Source of the DNA: Nitrospirota bacterium
GTDB taxonomy: Bacteria; Nitrospirota; Thermodesulfovibrionia; UBA6902; DSMQ01
DNA length: 64,000 bases
Direction: 5' to 3'
Assembly: GCA_016208965.1 (NCBI GenBank)
Contig: JACQXB010000006.1
Span: 58,262 to 122,261, forward strand
Both the position numbers and the translations under genes were made by a program. How positions within the stretch are numbered: the stretch's first letter is position 1; the number at the start of each line of letters is the position of its first letter. The notes below the pieces were generated by a model. That model saw only the letters and a program-made list of their open reading frames with translations, was not told the DNA's origin and did no database searches. This document shows, in pieces, positions 40,692 to 51,056 of this stretch.

Positions 40692-42038
40692 ATGGTCACT
40701 TATTCAATCATTAAGAAATCTCAAATTGAGGGCATATATCGGCTGGATGCTGAGTATTATCAGCCAGAATATTTATCTTTAATGAAATCTTTAAAAATAA
40801 TACCAAATGTTGAATTAAACTCCCTTGCTTTTGTGACTGACGGAATTCACTCCTCAATCGATTATGATAATAAAAGTAACATCAGGTGTTTATCTGCACA
40901 ATCTGTACAAGATAACTATTTTGATTTATCAGCAAATACTTTTATTTCAGAAGATCAACATAAAGTTAATTTAAGGACAAGTCTAAAAGTAGGAGATGCT
41001 ATACTTTCATCTGTAGGAACAATCGGTAATTGTGCCGTTATAACAGATAGTATTCTACCAGCAAATGCAGACCGCCATGTAGCAATAATAAGGTTATCTG
41101 CCAATAAACTATCACCGTATTTCTTATCGGTATTTTTAAATTCTAAATACGGAAGATTTCAAACCTTAAGAGAATCTACAGGGAATGTTCAACCTAATTT
41201 ATTTATCGATAAAATCAAAAAACTGATAATTCCAACGATAAAAAACCACAGAGAGATTAGCGAATTGGCTGAAAAATCTAACGATATGATACTTGCTGCT
41301 AATTTGCTTTACTCCCAAGCCGAAAATCTGTTTTTAGAAGAATTAGGATTGAAGAATTTTAAACCACAAGAGAACTTGTCCTATGTTGTTAATCTCTCTG
41401 ATGTAAAATCCGCTCGCCGTGCCGATGCCGAATATTTCCAGCCGAAGTATAAAAGGATGGTTGAGAAAATCAAAAAACACAATTTGAGTCTACTTGGCGA
41501 TCCGGTTACAATGAAGAAAGGATTCGAGCCGGGAAGCAACGAATATCAAGATAAAGGAAAACTATTTATTCGCGTGAGCAGCATTTCAAAACATGGAATA
41601 ATTGATAAAGACCAGAAATATTTAAGTGGAGAATTGTATCAAAAATTAAGAAAAGATTTTGAGCCAAAAATTGGTGAGATATTACTGACTAAAGACGCAA
41701 CGCCCGGCATTGCCTATGTATTGAAAGAGGCTATTGAAGGAGTTGTGGCAAGCGGCATTATGCGTTTAAAACTTAAAGAGAATATTGAAGCGGAGTATTT
41801 GACTCTCTGCATCAATTCTATTGTCGGTCAAATGCAGATTGAACGTGATGCAGGCGGTTCAATAATTGCGCATTGGAAGCCAGAACAAATTAAGAACTTA
41901 CAACTCCCTATATTCCCTAAACCAACTCAGCAAAAAATCGCTGACTTAGTCCGTCAGTCCCATGAGGCAAGAAAAAAGGCAAAAGAACTCTTGGAAGAAG
42001 CAAAAAGAAAAGTTGAGGAGGAAATTGAAAATAATTAA
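40692..42038 (+). CDS. R-M specificity subunit (HsdS-like, two TRDs)
   Basis: 448 aa with conserved HsdS repeats LPIPPL...KIADLV / QQKIADLVRQ. Confidence 0.8.
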   Translation: MVTYSIIKKSQIEGIYRLDAEYYQPEYLSLMKSLKIIPNVELNSLAFVTDGIHSSIDYDNKSNIRCLSAQSVQDNYFDLSANTFISEDQHKVNLRTSLKVGDAILSSVGTIGNCAVITDSILPANADRHVAIIRLSANKLSPYFLSVFLNSKYGRFQTLRESTGNVQPNLFIDKIKKLIIPTIKNHREISELAEKSNDMILAANLLYSQAENLFLEELGLKNFKPQENLSYVVNLSDVKSARRADAEYFQPKYKRMVEKIKKHNLSLLGDPVTMKKGFEPGSNEYQDKGKLFIRVSSISKHGIIDKDQKYLSGELYQKLRKDFEPKIGEILLTKDATPGIAYVLKEAIEGVVASGIMRLKLKENIEAEYLTLCINSIVGQMQIERDAGGSIIAHWKPEQIKNLQLPIFPKPTQQKIADLVRQSHEARKKAKELLEEAKRKVEEEIENN

Positions 42039-42044
42039 TTAACC

Positions 42045-42612
42045 ACGACATCAAATACAGTTTTATAAAAATTGTCCTTGAATACCCAGTAGCTTTGCTA
42101 CTGGGATGAAAAGGACATCCTGACGAATAGTCAGGATAGTTTTTTGTTAAAATACGGGCATGAGCCCATTGAGGAGAAGCAAGCACTGTGTATATGACCT
42201 GAAGTACCATTTTGTATGGATACCAAAGTATCGGAAGGAAGTATTGAAGAGTAGGGTAGCAAGTAGGATGAGGGAGATATTTGGGGAGATAGCGGAGCAA
42301 TATGAGATTGAGATAGATACGATGGAAGTAATGGATGATCATGTGCATTTGTTTTTGTCTGTGCCACCGAAGTATTCTCCTGCAGTAGTAGTACAACGAA
42401 TAAAGAGTATATCTGCGAAGATAATATTCCGAGAATTTCCAGAGATAAAGAAGAGCCTTTGGGGTGGTGAGCTTTGGAATGACGGATACTTTGTACGTTC
42501 TGTTGGCGATAAAGTAACAGCCGAAGTAATCCGTAAATACATTAAATATCAGCATAATGAACAAATTGGTTTTGAGTTTTAATGCCCCGCAGTTCTACTG
42601 CGGGGTTCTTTA
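42045..42612 (+). mobile_element. IS200/IS605-family insertion sequence (tnpA only)
   Basis: TnpA at 42160..42582 has HuH motif HVHLFL and a Y1 transposase fold. Subterminal hairpins cccagtagctttgctactggg, cctgacgaatagtcagg and ccccgcagttctactgcgggg. Confidence 0.8.
42160..42582 (+). CDS. tnpA: IS200/IS605 transposase TnpA
   Basis: 140 aa reading MSPLRRSKHCVYDLKYHFVWIPKYR...HVHLFL. Confidence 0.9.
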   Translation: MSPLRRSKHCVYDLKYHFVWIPKYRKEVLKSRVASRMREIFGEIAEQYEIEIDTMEVMDDHVHLFLSVPPKYSPAVVVQRIKSISAKIIFREFPEIKKSLWGGELWNDGYFVRSVGDKVTAEVIRKYIKYQHNEQIGFEF

Positions 42613-42692
42613 CTTAATTGTTTAATTACATCAAGAGCGAAAATAAGAAGGGCAAAAAACTTTTTGGTGGAATAGTCGCAAACTCTGACCCA

Positions 42693-42789
42693 AGAAATTA
42701 TTGCGGAAGATGGGTTTGCTTTGATAAGACAAGCAAAGAATTAAAAGATAATGATTTTAGTAATTGGAAGAATTTGGAGCTTTAATTTG
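42693..42789. repeat. Direct repeat copy 1 flanking the ParE-type TA cassette
   Basis: gaaattattgcggaagatgggtttgctttgataagacaagcaaagaattaaaagataatgattttagtaattggaagaatttggagctttaat is ~85% identical to 43491-43586. Confidence 0.8.
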
Positions 42790-42889
42790 TTTACAACATC
42801 ACCTACCGCCTGCCTGTCGGCAGACATGGCATGGGGCGGGATAGCGAGGATGAGAAATTTAGTATAATATATAAAAAGGAGGTAGCGTT

Positions 42890-43111
42890 ATGGGAACTAT
42901 TAGCAATGAACTTGTAGCAAAAATTAAATCTTTGCCGGACAACGAAAAGATAGAGCTGGTAGATTCTATCTTAATTCAGCTTGACAAGCCTGACCCTGAA
43001 ATTGACCGTGTTTGGGTAGAGGAGGCTCGCAAACGCTGGCAAGCATACAAAATGGGCAAAGTTGAGACTGTGTCTTATGAGCAGGTAATGGACAAGTATC
43101 GCACCAGATGA
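42890..43111 (+). CDS. Putative addiction-module antitoxin
   Basis: 73 aa. Overlaps the downstream ParE-like gene by 4 bp. Confidence 0.55.
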   Translation: MGTISNELVAKIKSLPDNEKIELVDSILIQLDKPDPEIDRVWVEEARKRWQAYKMGKVETVSYEQVMDKYRTR

Positions 43112-43419
43112 AAGTTCGTTTTTTAAAACCTGCGCAGTCGGAAGTTAACGATACCTTTGCATGGTATGATGCCCATTCACACAGCCTCGGCGTACAATTC
43201 TTGGATGATCTTGACCGTGCAGTCAGAAGAATTGTGGCATATCCCCTTGCAAACACAATAATTGAAGATGGTTTTCGGCGTTGTCTTTTATCAAGATTCC
43301 CTTATGGAATAATTTATGGCCTTGATGCTGAAACTGTTATTGTCATCGCAGTAGCCCATCTGCACAGAGAGCCGCGATATTGGATTGACAGACTGCTTGA
43401 ACAGAAAATCAATCTGTAA
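43108..43419 (+). CDS. RelE/ParE-family toxin
   Basis: 103 aa reading ...FPYGIIYGLDAETVIVIAVAHLHREPRYW. Confidence 0.6.
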   Translation: MKVRFLKPAQSEVNDTFAWYDAHSHSLGVQFLDDLDRAVRRIVAYPLANTIIEDGFRRCLLSRFPYGIIYGLDAETVIVIAVAHLHREPRYWIDRLLEQKINL

Positions 43420-43490
43420 CGACAACATGATTCGACCATGTGCTGGCAAAGCACTGTGGCTTCACAGCCGAGGATCTAGACTTCATCCCA

Positions 43491-43586
43491 GAGAAATTAT
43501 CGTGGCAGATGGATTTATTTTGATAAGCCGAAAAAAGATTTAAAAGATAATGATTTTGGTAATTGGAAGAATTTGGAGATTTAACC
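43491..43586. repeat. Direct repeat copy 2
   Basis: gaaattatcgtggcagatggatttattttgataagccgaaaaaagatttaaaagataatgattttggtaattggaagaatttggagatttaacc. Confidence 0.8.
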
Positions 43587-43633
43587 CGCTTGACTATCTA
43601 TCAAGTAACGAGGTTAAGAGGATTTGTTAAAAA

Positions 43634-45046
43634 ATGAGATATAGAACACCCCAAAAAAGAATAAAGGACTTTAAAGAAGTCGCCCTTGGGCTGACTGAAA
43701 GACAGGCAGTTAAAGAGGCAAATCGTTGTCTTCAATGCAGAAAACCAAAATGTGTTGAGGGCTGTCCTGTTGAGATTGATATTCCAAAGTTTATAGCGAT
43801 TGTAAAAGAGGGAGATTATCTAAGCGGGCTCAAAAAGATAAAAGAGTCAAATAACCTTCCTGCAATCTGCGGCAGGGTGTGCCCACAAGAGACACAGTGT
43901 GAAGGTAAGTGCATATTGAGGAAAAAAAGCAGGCCTGTCTCAATAGGGGCACTTGAGAGATTTGTGGCTGATTATGGGGTATCGTTAGGTCCTATGGAAT
44001 CGCCTAAGGTAAATCCTCCAAATGGGCATAAGGTTGCAGTTATTGGCTCAGGGCCAGCAGGGCTTACAGTAGCCTCAGACCTTGCAAGGCTTGGATATAA
44101 TACTACAGTCTTTGAGGCGCTTCACGAACCAGGTGGTGTGCTCCTCTATGGTATTCCTGAATTCAGGCTTCCAAAGAAAATCCTTCAAAGAGAGATTGAT
44201 TATGTCCGCAGCCTCGGGGTAAAGATTGTAGTTAATTGGTTAATAGGAAGAACACAGACAGCAGAGGAGCTTTTAGAGGATGGTTTTGAGGCAATTTTTA
44301 TTGGAGTTGGCGCTGGTTCCCCGAAGTACATGGGCATATTAGGTGAAAACCTGAACAATGTTTATTTTGCATCAGAGTTTCTAACAAGAGTTAATCTTAT
44401 GAAGGCTTATGACTTTCCTAAATATGATACCCCTGTTAAAAAGGCACAGAAAGTTGCTGTCATCGGGGGGGGCAATGTTGCAATGGATTCAGCAAGGACG
44501 GCATTAAGGCTCGGTGCAGAGAAGGTGTATGTGATTTATAGAAGAACCGAAAAAGAGATGCCCTCAAGACATGAGGAGGTTGAAAATGCAAAGGAAGAAG
44601 GCATAGAGTTCCATTTTCTCTCGGACCCGAGGACGGTGCTTGGAGATGAAAGGGGCTGGGTGCGCAGCGTTGAATGTGAACGGATGAGATTGGGTGAGTC
44701 TGATACATCAGGAAGAAGAACCCCTGAACCTACAGGTGAGAGATTCTGTATTGAAGTTGACCAGGTGATAGTTGCAATCGGTCAAAGTGCAAACCCAATA
44801 CTTGTCAACTCAATTAAAGGGCTGAATCTTTGGGGCAATGGTTATATCGTAGTAGATAAAGAAGGTAGGACGAATCTTGAGAGGATATTTGCAGGTGGCG
44901 ATATTACAACAGGCGCTGCTACTGTGATAAGTGCCATGGGTGCAGGGAAAAGGGCTGCGAGGGCAATTGATAATTTTATTATGAGGAGGAGAGAATCTCT
45001 CCAACAATCTCCTGAACCTGCTTTGAGTCAGAATAAGCCTCAATAA
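43634..45046 (+). CDS. NfnB/SudA/GltD-like NAD(P)H-dependent FAD/Fe-S oxidoreductase subunit
   Basis: 470 aa with Cys clusters CLQCRKPKCVEGCPV and VAVIGSGPAGL. Confidence 0.85.
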   Translation: MRYRTPQKRIKDFKEVALGLTERQAVKEANRCLQCRKPKCVEGCPVEIDIPKFIAIVKEGDYLSGLKKIKESNNLPAICGRVCPQETQCEGKCILRKKSRPVSIGALERFVADYGVSLGPMESPKVNPPNGHKVAVIGSGPAGLTVASDLARLGYNTTVFEALHEPGGVLLYGIPEFRLPKKILQREIDYVRSLGVKIVVNWLIGRTQTAEELLEDGFEAIFIGVGAGSPKYMGILGENLNNVYFASEFLTRVNLMKAYDFPKYDTPVKKAQKVAVIGGGNVAMDSARTALRLGAEKVYVIYRRTEKEMPSRHEEVENAKEEGIEFHFLSDPRTVLGDERGWVRSVECERMRLGESDTSGRRTPEPTGERFCIEVDQVIVAIGQSANPILVNSIKGLNLWGNGYIVVDKEGRTNLERIFAGGDITTGAATVISAMGAGKRAARAIDNFIMRRRESLQQSPEPALSQNKPQ

Positions 45047-46565
45047 TGGCACCTGCCTTGAATTCCTTTAGCAAATAAGGGGAACAAAAACCCACAATTA
45101 CAGTATGTCTTGATGCCTTTACTGTTTTTTTAAGTATAGTTTTTAATTTCCTGCTTAATCCACTCCTTCCTTTCCATGCAGAGATTTTTGAAAAGATGGC
45201 GATGATTAAAAATCCCCCTTTGCCCCCCTTTGTCAAAGGGGGGATGGGGGGATTTTTAGATGAAATGGTTTTATTGTCAACATAATAGGTCTCTATGTTT
45301 TTGTATCTCGCTTTAAGTGTATTAATAAATGGCTTGCCTGATTTGTTGTTGTCGTCATCAATGATGAGGACAGCTATTTGGTCTGAAAATGCTTCCTTTT
45401 TGTCATTGCGAGCCCCGAAGTTTCGGGGCGTGGCAATCTTTTTGTTTTTAATACCCTTTTGAGATTGCTTCGTCACTTCGTTCCTCGCAATGACATTTTT
45501 TACGATGCTTATTGATTTTTTTGTCAGCTTATAAGCAAAATCCCAGTTTGCCTTTGTTCCGATATCTTGCATCCTGTATCGTGCATCTTGTATCACTAAT
45601 TCTTTTTTCCCTTTTATAATTTTTTCGTAAGACTCATCAACCCTCTTTTCTATCTCATTCCATCTTGAGGAAAAATAATCTATTATTCTTTCAGGTTCGC
45701 TTGGATGAAGGATTATGTCTGCGCCTGCATTTAAAGCCATTAAACATGCCTTCTCCTCAGGATATCTAATTGCCTGCATATTCATTGCATCTGTGACTAC
45801 AAGTCCTTTAAATTTCATTTCAGTTTTTAGTAATCCTTTAATGGTCTTCTCCGAGAGGCTTGATGGAAATCTTGAATCAATAGCAGGCACTTTGAGGTGA
45901 CCTACCATTACCATCTTGACTCCTGACTTTATTGCCTCTTTAAAGGGATGTAGTTCAACTTTTTCAAGCCTTTTCATATCTGCCTTTACTATTGGTAGCC
46001 TTATATGAGAGTCCACGCTCGTATCTCCATGCCCTGGAAAATGTTTTGCACAAGCAATAATCCTGTGTTTCTGAAAACCTTTTATAAATTCATTCCCAAA
46101 CCATGAGACCTTTTCAGGATTCTCACCAAATGCCCTTACAGAGATTATAGGATTTTGGGGGTTTGTGTTTATATCAAGTACAGGTGCAAATATTACATTT
46201 ATTCCACATGCCTTTGCCTCTTGAGCGATAATGTTTATGGAGTTCCTTAACAGATTAATATCATCTTTATTTTTTGGGTTAATCGCCTGTCCAATAGCCA
46301 TAGCTGGAGGGAACAATGTGCCGCCTTCTATCTGCTGTCCAAGTCCTCGTTCAAGGTCAGAGGTTATAAAAAGAGGGATTTCACTTAGTTTCTGCAATTT
46401 CTTAATTGCCTCGCTTACATCTTTTAGCTTCCCGCCAAAAACAATAAAACCACCAATGCCTTTCTTAACAAGCGATTGGTAATATTGAAACTTTTTATGG
46501 ACATCTTTCCCATCAAGCCTTGCAATTATAAGCTGTGCAATTTTTTTATTTTTATCCATGGGCAT
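44979..46565 (-). CDS. Glycoside hydrolase family 3, NagZ-like beta-N-acetylhexosaminidase with a C-terminal extension
   Basis: KHFPGHGDTSVDSH motif. The C-terminal ~150 aa contains two in-frame repeat elements at 45208-45256 and 45395-45492. Start Met chosen at MPMDK. Confidence 0.7.
   Translation of the reverse strand: MPMDKNKKIAQLIIARLDGKDVHKKFQYYQSLVKKGIGGFIVFGGKLKDVSEAIKKLQKLSEIPLFITSDLERGLGQQIEGGTLFPPAMAIGQAINPKNKDDINLLRNSINIIAQEAKACGINVIFAPVLDINTNPQNPIISVRAFGENPEKVSWFGNEFIKGFQKHRIIACAKHFPGHGDTSVDSHIRLPIVKADMKRLEKVELHPFKEAIKSGVKMVMVGHLKVPAIDSRFPSSLSEKTIKGLLKTEMKFKGLVVTDAMNMQAIRYPEEKACLMALNAGADIILHPSEPERIIDYFSSRWNEIEKRVDESYEKIIKGKKELVIQDARYRMQDIGTKANWDFAYKLTKKSISIVKNVIARNEVTKQSQKGIKNKKIATPRNFGARNDKKEAFSDQIAVLIIDDDNNKSGKPFINTLKARYKNIETYYVDNKTISSKNPPIPPLTKGGKGGFLIIAIFSKISAWKGRSGLSRKLKTILKKTVKASRHTVIVGFCSPYLLKEFKAGAIIEAYSDSKQVQEIVGEILSSS
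45208..45256. repeat. C6/G6 palindromic element inside the GH3 CDS
   Basis: aaaaatccccctttgcccccctttgtcaaaggggggatggggggatttt translates NPPIPPLTKGGKGGF. Confidence 0.85.
45395..45492. repeat. GTCATTGC...GCAATGAC palindromic element inside the GH3 CDS
   Basis: gtcattgcgagccccgaagtttcggggcgtggcaatc...gattgcttcgtcacttcgttcctcgcaatgaca. Confidence 0.7.
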
Positions 46566-46629
46566 AAAGTAGCATTGAGGGTTAAAAATTGTCAAAAGAT
46601 AGTATTGAAAATTACCTCAGCAGAGTAAT

Positions 46630-47613
46630 TTATACTATCAGGAGGAGTGCTTTATAGATACCCCATGCAAGCAGGGCACAGACTGGTAGTGTAAATACCC
46701 ATGCCAGAACAATTTTACCTGCAATCCCCCATCTTACAGCAGACAGTCTTTTAGTTGCACCAACGCCCATGATTGCGGTTGCTATGACATGTGTTGTACT
46801 GACAGGAAGCCCGAATTGACTCGCACCCAAAATAACAGCAGTTGCTGATGTCTCTGCAGCAAAACCATGAACAGGTTCCAACTTCAACATATGAACACCC
46901 ATTGTTTTGATTACCTTCCATCCCCCAATGGCTGTACCCAAGCCCATGGCGAGAGCGCATATAAGTATAACCCAGAACGGGACATCTACAGAATGAAGAA
47001 CGCCAGCACTTACAAGTGAAAGGGTGATAATTCCCATTACCTTCTGTGCATCATTTGAGCCATGGCTGAACGCCATAAATCCTGACGAGAGAAGCTGAAG
47101 TTTTCCGAAATATTTATTTATAGTTCCTGCAGGAAGCGTTCCAAAGATTTTTAATATAACTTTCATAAGGGAGAATCCCAGCATTATTCCAAGTATAGGT
47201 GAAATAAGCAAGGCTGAGAATATTGTCATTAATCCTGTAATGTTAAGAATCTCTATGCCCCCATATGACACAGATGCGCCTATAAGACCACCTATAAGGG
47301 CATGAGATGCGCTTACAGGCATACCCAATTTTGTCATTGCAGTATTCCATGTAAATCCAGCAGAAAGCGCAGCAGCAACAACAACTGCCGTAACAGCCTT
47401 AGGATCTACAATCCCTGTTCCTATTGTCTTTGCTACCGCGGTTGTAGAAAATGCCCCTAAGACATTCATCCCTGCCGCAAGCAGGACTGCCTTGGTAGGT
47501 GTCAATACCCTTGTTGAGACAACAGTCGCAATTGCATTAGCGGAGTCATTCCAACCATTGCTGATGTCAAAGAGTATAGCAAGTACGATGATAAGAATGA
47601 TTATTTCAGGCAT
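46630..47613 (-). CDS. pit: Inorganic phosphate transporter, PiT family
   Basis: 327 aa with GWNDSANAIAT and GSNDAQK motifs. Confidence 0.85.
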   Translation of the reverse strand: MPEIIILIIVLAILFDISNGWNDSANAIATVVSTRVLTPTKAVLLAAGMNVLGAFSTTAVAKTIGTGIVDPKAVTAVVVAAALSAGFTWNTAMTKLGMPVSASHALIGGLIGASVSYGGIEILNITGLMTIFSALLISPILGIMLGFSLMKVILKIFGTLPAGTINKYFGKLQLLSSGFMAFSHGSNDAQKVMGIITLSLVSAGVLHSVDVPFWVILICALAMGLGTAIGGWKVIKTMGVHMLKLEPVHGFAAETSATAVILGASQFGLPVSTTHVIATAIMGVGATKRLSAVRWGIAGKIVLAWVFTLPVCALLAWGIYKALLLIV

Positions 47614-48223
47614 GCTTGAGCACTATAGCCTCAAGAGTATTCGCAACATCCTCACATCTGTCGGATGCATCCTCAAGATGTTCATATATCTCTTTCCACT
47701 TAATTATAAGGATAGGATCTTTAACATCATCGAACAATCTCCCCAGCGCATCTCTAAACTCTCTGTCAATCCTGTTTTCAAGTCTATTTATCTCAATGCA
47801 GTAATCCTGCATATGAGAATAATTTTTTTCTTTAAGCTTCTTTATTGCTTTATGTATAACTTCAGTAGTTGTGAAGAGGTCTTTAGACATTGAGGTTGCT
47901 TCTTTTGTTGGCTCTTTTATCTTAAAAACAGAAAGCCTGTCAACCGCCGCCCATATCAGGTCAAGGACATCATCCAGCCTTGATGCAAGGGTGTACAAAT
48001 CCTCTCTGTCTATGGGTGTGATAAAAGTTTTGTTGAGTTTTTTCATTATTTCATGTGTTAATATGTCCCCTTCCTGCTCCACCTCATATATTTCTTTAGC
48101 CCTTGCCTCAATATTGTCAAAGTTTTCCATAAGAGAGACAAGAAGAGAAGCTGCTTTTGTGAGGTTTAATGAAGCCCTGTCAAATATCTCAAAGAAGTCT
48201 ATTTCTTTTGGAAAAAGTTTCAT
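47606..48223 (-). CDS. DUF47/PhoU-like Pit accessory protein
   Basis: 205 aa. Overlaps the pit start by 8 bp. Confidence 0.75.
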   Translation of the reverse strand: MKLFPKEIDFFEIFDRASLNLTKAASLLVSLMENFDNIEARAKEIYEVEQEGDILTHEIMKKLNKTFITPIDREDLYTLASRLDDVLDLIWAAVDRLSVFKIKEPTKEATSMSKDLFTTTEVIHKAIKKLKEKNYSHMQDYCIEINRLENRIDREFRDALGRLFDDVKDPILIIKWKEIYEHLEDASDRCEDVANTLEAIVLKHA

Positions 48224-48266
48224 GATTTTTATTCACGGATAGGATATAGGAAATGAAAGCATGATG

Positions 48267-50909
48267 TCAAATAAAATGCTCCCTTACTGCCTTCCTGAAG
48301 ACAACCCTGCCATTCTCCATGTCTACCTCTATGACATCTCCTTCTTTGAATGTCCCGTCAAGGAGTTTTGTTGAGAGGGGATTTAAAATCTCTTTTTGAA
48401 TTGCCCTCTTAAGCGGTCTTGCTCCATAAAGTGGGTCATAACCAATCTCTGCAAGATAATCCTTTGCTTCGTCTCCTAACACAATATCAATGTGCTTGTC
48501 TTTTATATACAGCTTCATACGATTAAGCTGTATATCAACTATTCTCAAGAGTAATGCTTTGTTAAGTGCATGAAATACTATTATCTCATCTACCCTGTTT
48601 AAGAACTCAGGTCTGAAAAAGGTCTTTAGCTGTTCCATCACACCTTTACGTATCTGATCTTCATTGCTCCATTCAGTAAGCATCTCCTGAATGTGCTGAC
48701 TTCCGATATTTGAAGTCATTATAACAACCGTGTTTCGGAAATCCACTGTCCTTCCATGTCCGTCTGTAAGCCTTCCGTCATCAAGCAGTTGCAAAAGCAG
48801 ATTGAAGACCTCTTGATGTGCCTTCTCCACCTCATCAAAGAGGATTGCAGCATAGGGTCTCCTCCTTATTGCCTCTGTAAGTTGCCCCCCTTCTTCATAG
48901 CCCACATAGCCCGGCGGTGCCCCGATAAGCCTTGATACAGTGTGTCTCTCCTGATATTCAGACATATCAATCCTTACCATTGCGTTTTCATCATCAAACA
49001 GGAACTCTGCAAGCGCCCTCGCAAGCTCTGTTTTTCCAACTCCTGTCGGTCCAAGAAAAATAAAGGAGCCAATTGGTCTGTTAGGATCCTGTATACCCGC
49101 CCTTGCCCTTCTAACAGCGTTAGCAACTGCATTAATTGCCTCATCCTGCCCAACAACACGCAACTTTAGTCTGTCCTCCATCTTCAATAGTTTCTGCACC
49201 TCTCCCTCAAGCATCCTGCTTACAGGTATGCCTGTCCATTTTGAGACAATCTCTGCAACATCTTCTTCGTCAACCTCCTCTTTGAGCAACCTGCTTTTGC
49301 CATTCTGTTCTAAGAGTTTTTTATTTTCAGCATCAAGTCTTTTTTGAAGTTCAATAAGTTTTCCATATCTTAATTCTGCGGCTTTGTTAAGGTCGCCTTC
49401 TCTTTCAGCTTTTTCAGACTCAATCCTTGTCTTTTCAATCTCCTCTTTGATAGAACTTATCTTCTGTATCGCTTCTTTTTCCTTCAGCCATTGTGCCCTT
49501 AAGAGATTCCTCTTTTCTGTGAGTCCGGCAATCTCATCCTCAAGATGTTTAAGTCTCTCTCTTGATGCCTCATCTGCCGAACTTGCCGAAGCATCCTTCA
49601 GCACAGCCTGTCTTTCAATCTCATACTGCCTCAGTTTCCTCTCAAGCTCATCAAGCTCAGATGGCATGCTATCTATCTCCATCTTAAGTTTGGACGCTGA
49701 CTCATCAATGAGGTCAATAGCCTTATCAGGTAGAAATCTGTCTGAGATATATCTGTTACTTAAAACCGCAGCAGACACAATCGCAGAGTCCTTTATCCTT
49801 ACGCCGTGATGAACTTCGTATCTTTCTTTTAATCCCCTCAAGATTGATATAGTCTCTTCAACAGTTGGTTCCTTTATATAAACAGGCTGAAACCTTCTCT
49901 CAAGTGCAGGGTCTTTTTCAATGTGCTTTCTATATTCAGAAAGCGTTGTTGCCCCTACACATCTTAGCTCTCCTCTTGCAAGTGCGGGCTTTAACATATT
50001 GGATGCATCTATTGCACCTTCTGCAGCGCCTGCGCCAACAACAGTGTGAAGTTCATCAATAAATAAGATTATCTTTCCTTCTGCCTCTTCTATTTCCTTA
50101 AGCACAGCCTTAAGTCTGTCTTCAAACTCTCCCCTGTATTTTGCCCCTGCAATAAGCGCACCCATATCAAGGGCAACAACCCTTTTATCCTTCAGGCTCT
50201 GCGGGACATCACCTGATGTTATCCTCTGTGCAAGACCTTCTGCAATAGCGGTTTTTCCAACCCCTGGCTCTCCTATTACAACAGGGTTGTTTTTTGTCCT
50301 CCGAGAGAGCACCTGTATAACCCTTCTAATCTCCTCGTCTCTTCCAATAACAGGGTCAAGTTTACCCCTTCTTGCAAGGTCTGTTAAATCCCTGGCATAT
50401 CTTTGAAGTGCCTGATACTTAGCCTCAGGGTTTTGGTCTGTAACACGATGGATTCCCCTTATCTCACGCATTGCAGAGAGAACCTTATCTTCAGTAACAC
50501 CAAACTTTTCAAGAATCCTTCCTGCATTTCCCTCTGTGCCAATAATCCCTAAAAGCAGATGTTCAACACTTACAAAGTCATCTTTAAGATGCTCTGCATG
50601 TTGAAATGCTTTTTCAAAAACATCCTTAAGTGTCTGTGTGATGTAGATCTGCCCTATTGGTGTGGGACCAATGACCTTAGGAAATTTTTCTATCTCTGTC
50701 TCTATTTGGGACCTCAGTGATTTTACATCTACTCCTAATTTTTTGATAACCTCCAGTGCAATTCCTTCATCTCGAAGAGTCGAGTCTCCGACAAGGAGGA
50801 CATAAAGCAGGTGTTCTGCATCTACCTGCTGATTACCCTTTTTCTGGGCAAGCTGTTGAGCCTTTTCCATAGCCTCCTGACTTTTTATTGTCAATTTATC
50901 AAGTCTCAT
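48267..50909 (-). CDS. clpB: Chaperone ClpB
   Basis: 880 aa with two AAA+ modules (GEPGVGKT and GPTGVGKT) and a middle coiled-coil. Confidence 0.95.
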   Translation of the reverse strand: MRLDKLTIKSQEAMEKAQQLAQKKGNQQVDAEHLLYVLLVGDSTLRDEGIALEVIKKLGVDVKSLRSQIETEIEKFPKVIGPTPIGQIYITQTLKDVFEKAFQHAEHLKDDFVSVEHLLLGIIGTEGNAGRILEKFGVTEDKVLSAMREIRGIHRVTDQNPEAKYQALQRYARDLTDLARRGKLDPVIGRDEEIRRVIQVLSRRTKNNPVVIGEPGVGKTAIAEGLAQRITSGDVPQSLKDKRVVALDMGALIAGAKYRGEFEDRLKAVLKEIEEAEGKIILFIDELHTVVGAGAAEGAIDASNMLKPALARGELRCVGATTLSEYRKHIEKDPALERRFQPVYIKEPTVEETISILRGLKERYEVHHGVRIKDSAIVSAAVLSNRYISDRFLPDKAIDLIDESASKLKMEIDSMPSELDELERKLRQYEIERQAVLKDASASSADEASRERLKHLEDEIAGLTEKRNLLRAQWLKEKEAIQKISSIKEEIEKTRIESEKAEREGDLNKAAELRYGKLIELQKRLDAENKKLLEQNGKSRLLKEEVDEEDVAEIVSKWTGIPVSRMLEGEVQKLLKMEDRLKLRVVGQDEAINAVANAVRRARAGIQDPNRPIGSFIFLGPTGVGKTELARALAEFLFDDENAMVRIDMSEYQERHTVSRLIGAPPGYVGYEEGGQLTEAIRRRPYAAILFDEVEKAHQEVFNLLLQLLDDGRLTDGHGRTVDFRNTVVIMTSNIGSQHIQEMLTEWSNEDQIRKGVMEQLKTFFRPEFLNRVDEIIVFHALNKALLLRIVDIQLNRMKLYIKDKHIDIVLGDEAKDYLAEIGYDPLYGARPLKRAIQKEILNPLSTKLLDGTFKEGDVIEVDMENGRVVFRKAVREHFI

Positions 50910-50934
50910 CTATTCCCCCACTTCTAAATGATTT

Positions 50935-51035
50935 GTCATTCCGTGCTTGACACGGAATCCAGATGTAGTTCCTGTGTAAACAGGAGGTCATACAAAAGGA
51001 ACTGGATTCCCGCCTTCGCGGGAATGACAGCTTAT
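50935..51035. repeat. GTCATTCC...GGAATGAC palindromic element
   Basis: tgtcattccgtgcttgacacggaatccag...ctggattcccgccttcgcgggaatgacagc. Confidence 0.7.
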
Positions 51036-51056
51036 AGGTATTTTCAGAGCAAATTT

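Noticed and set aside
41917-42564. 215-aa minus-strand ORF spanning the hsdS end and the IS200 tnpA
   Set aside because: It is antisense to two confident genes and crosses the IS boundary.
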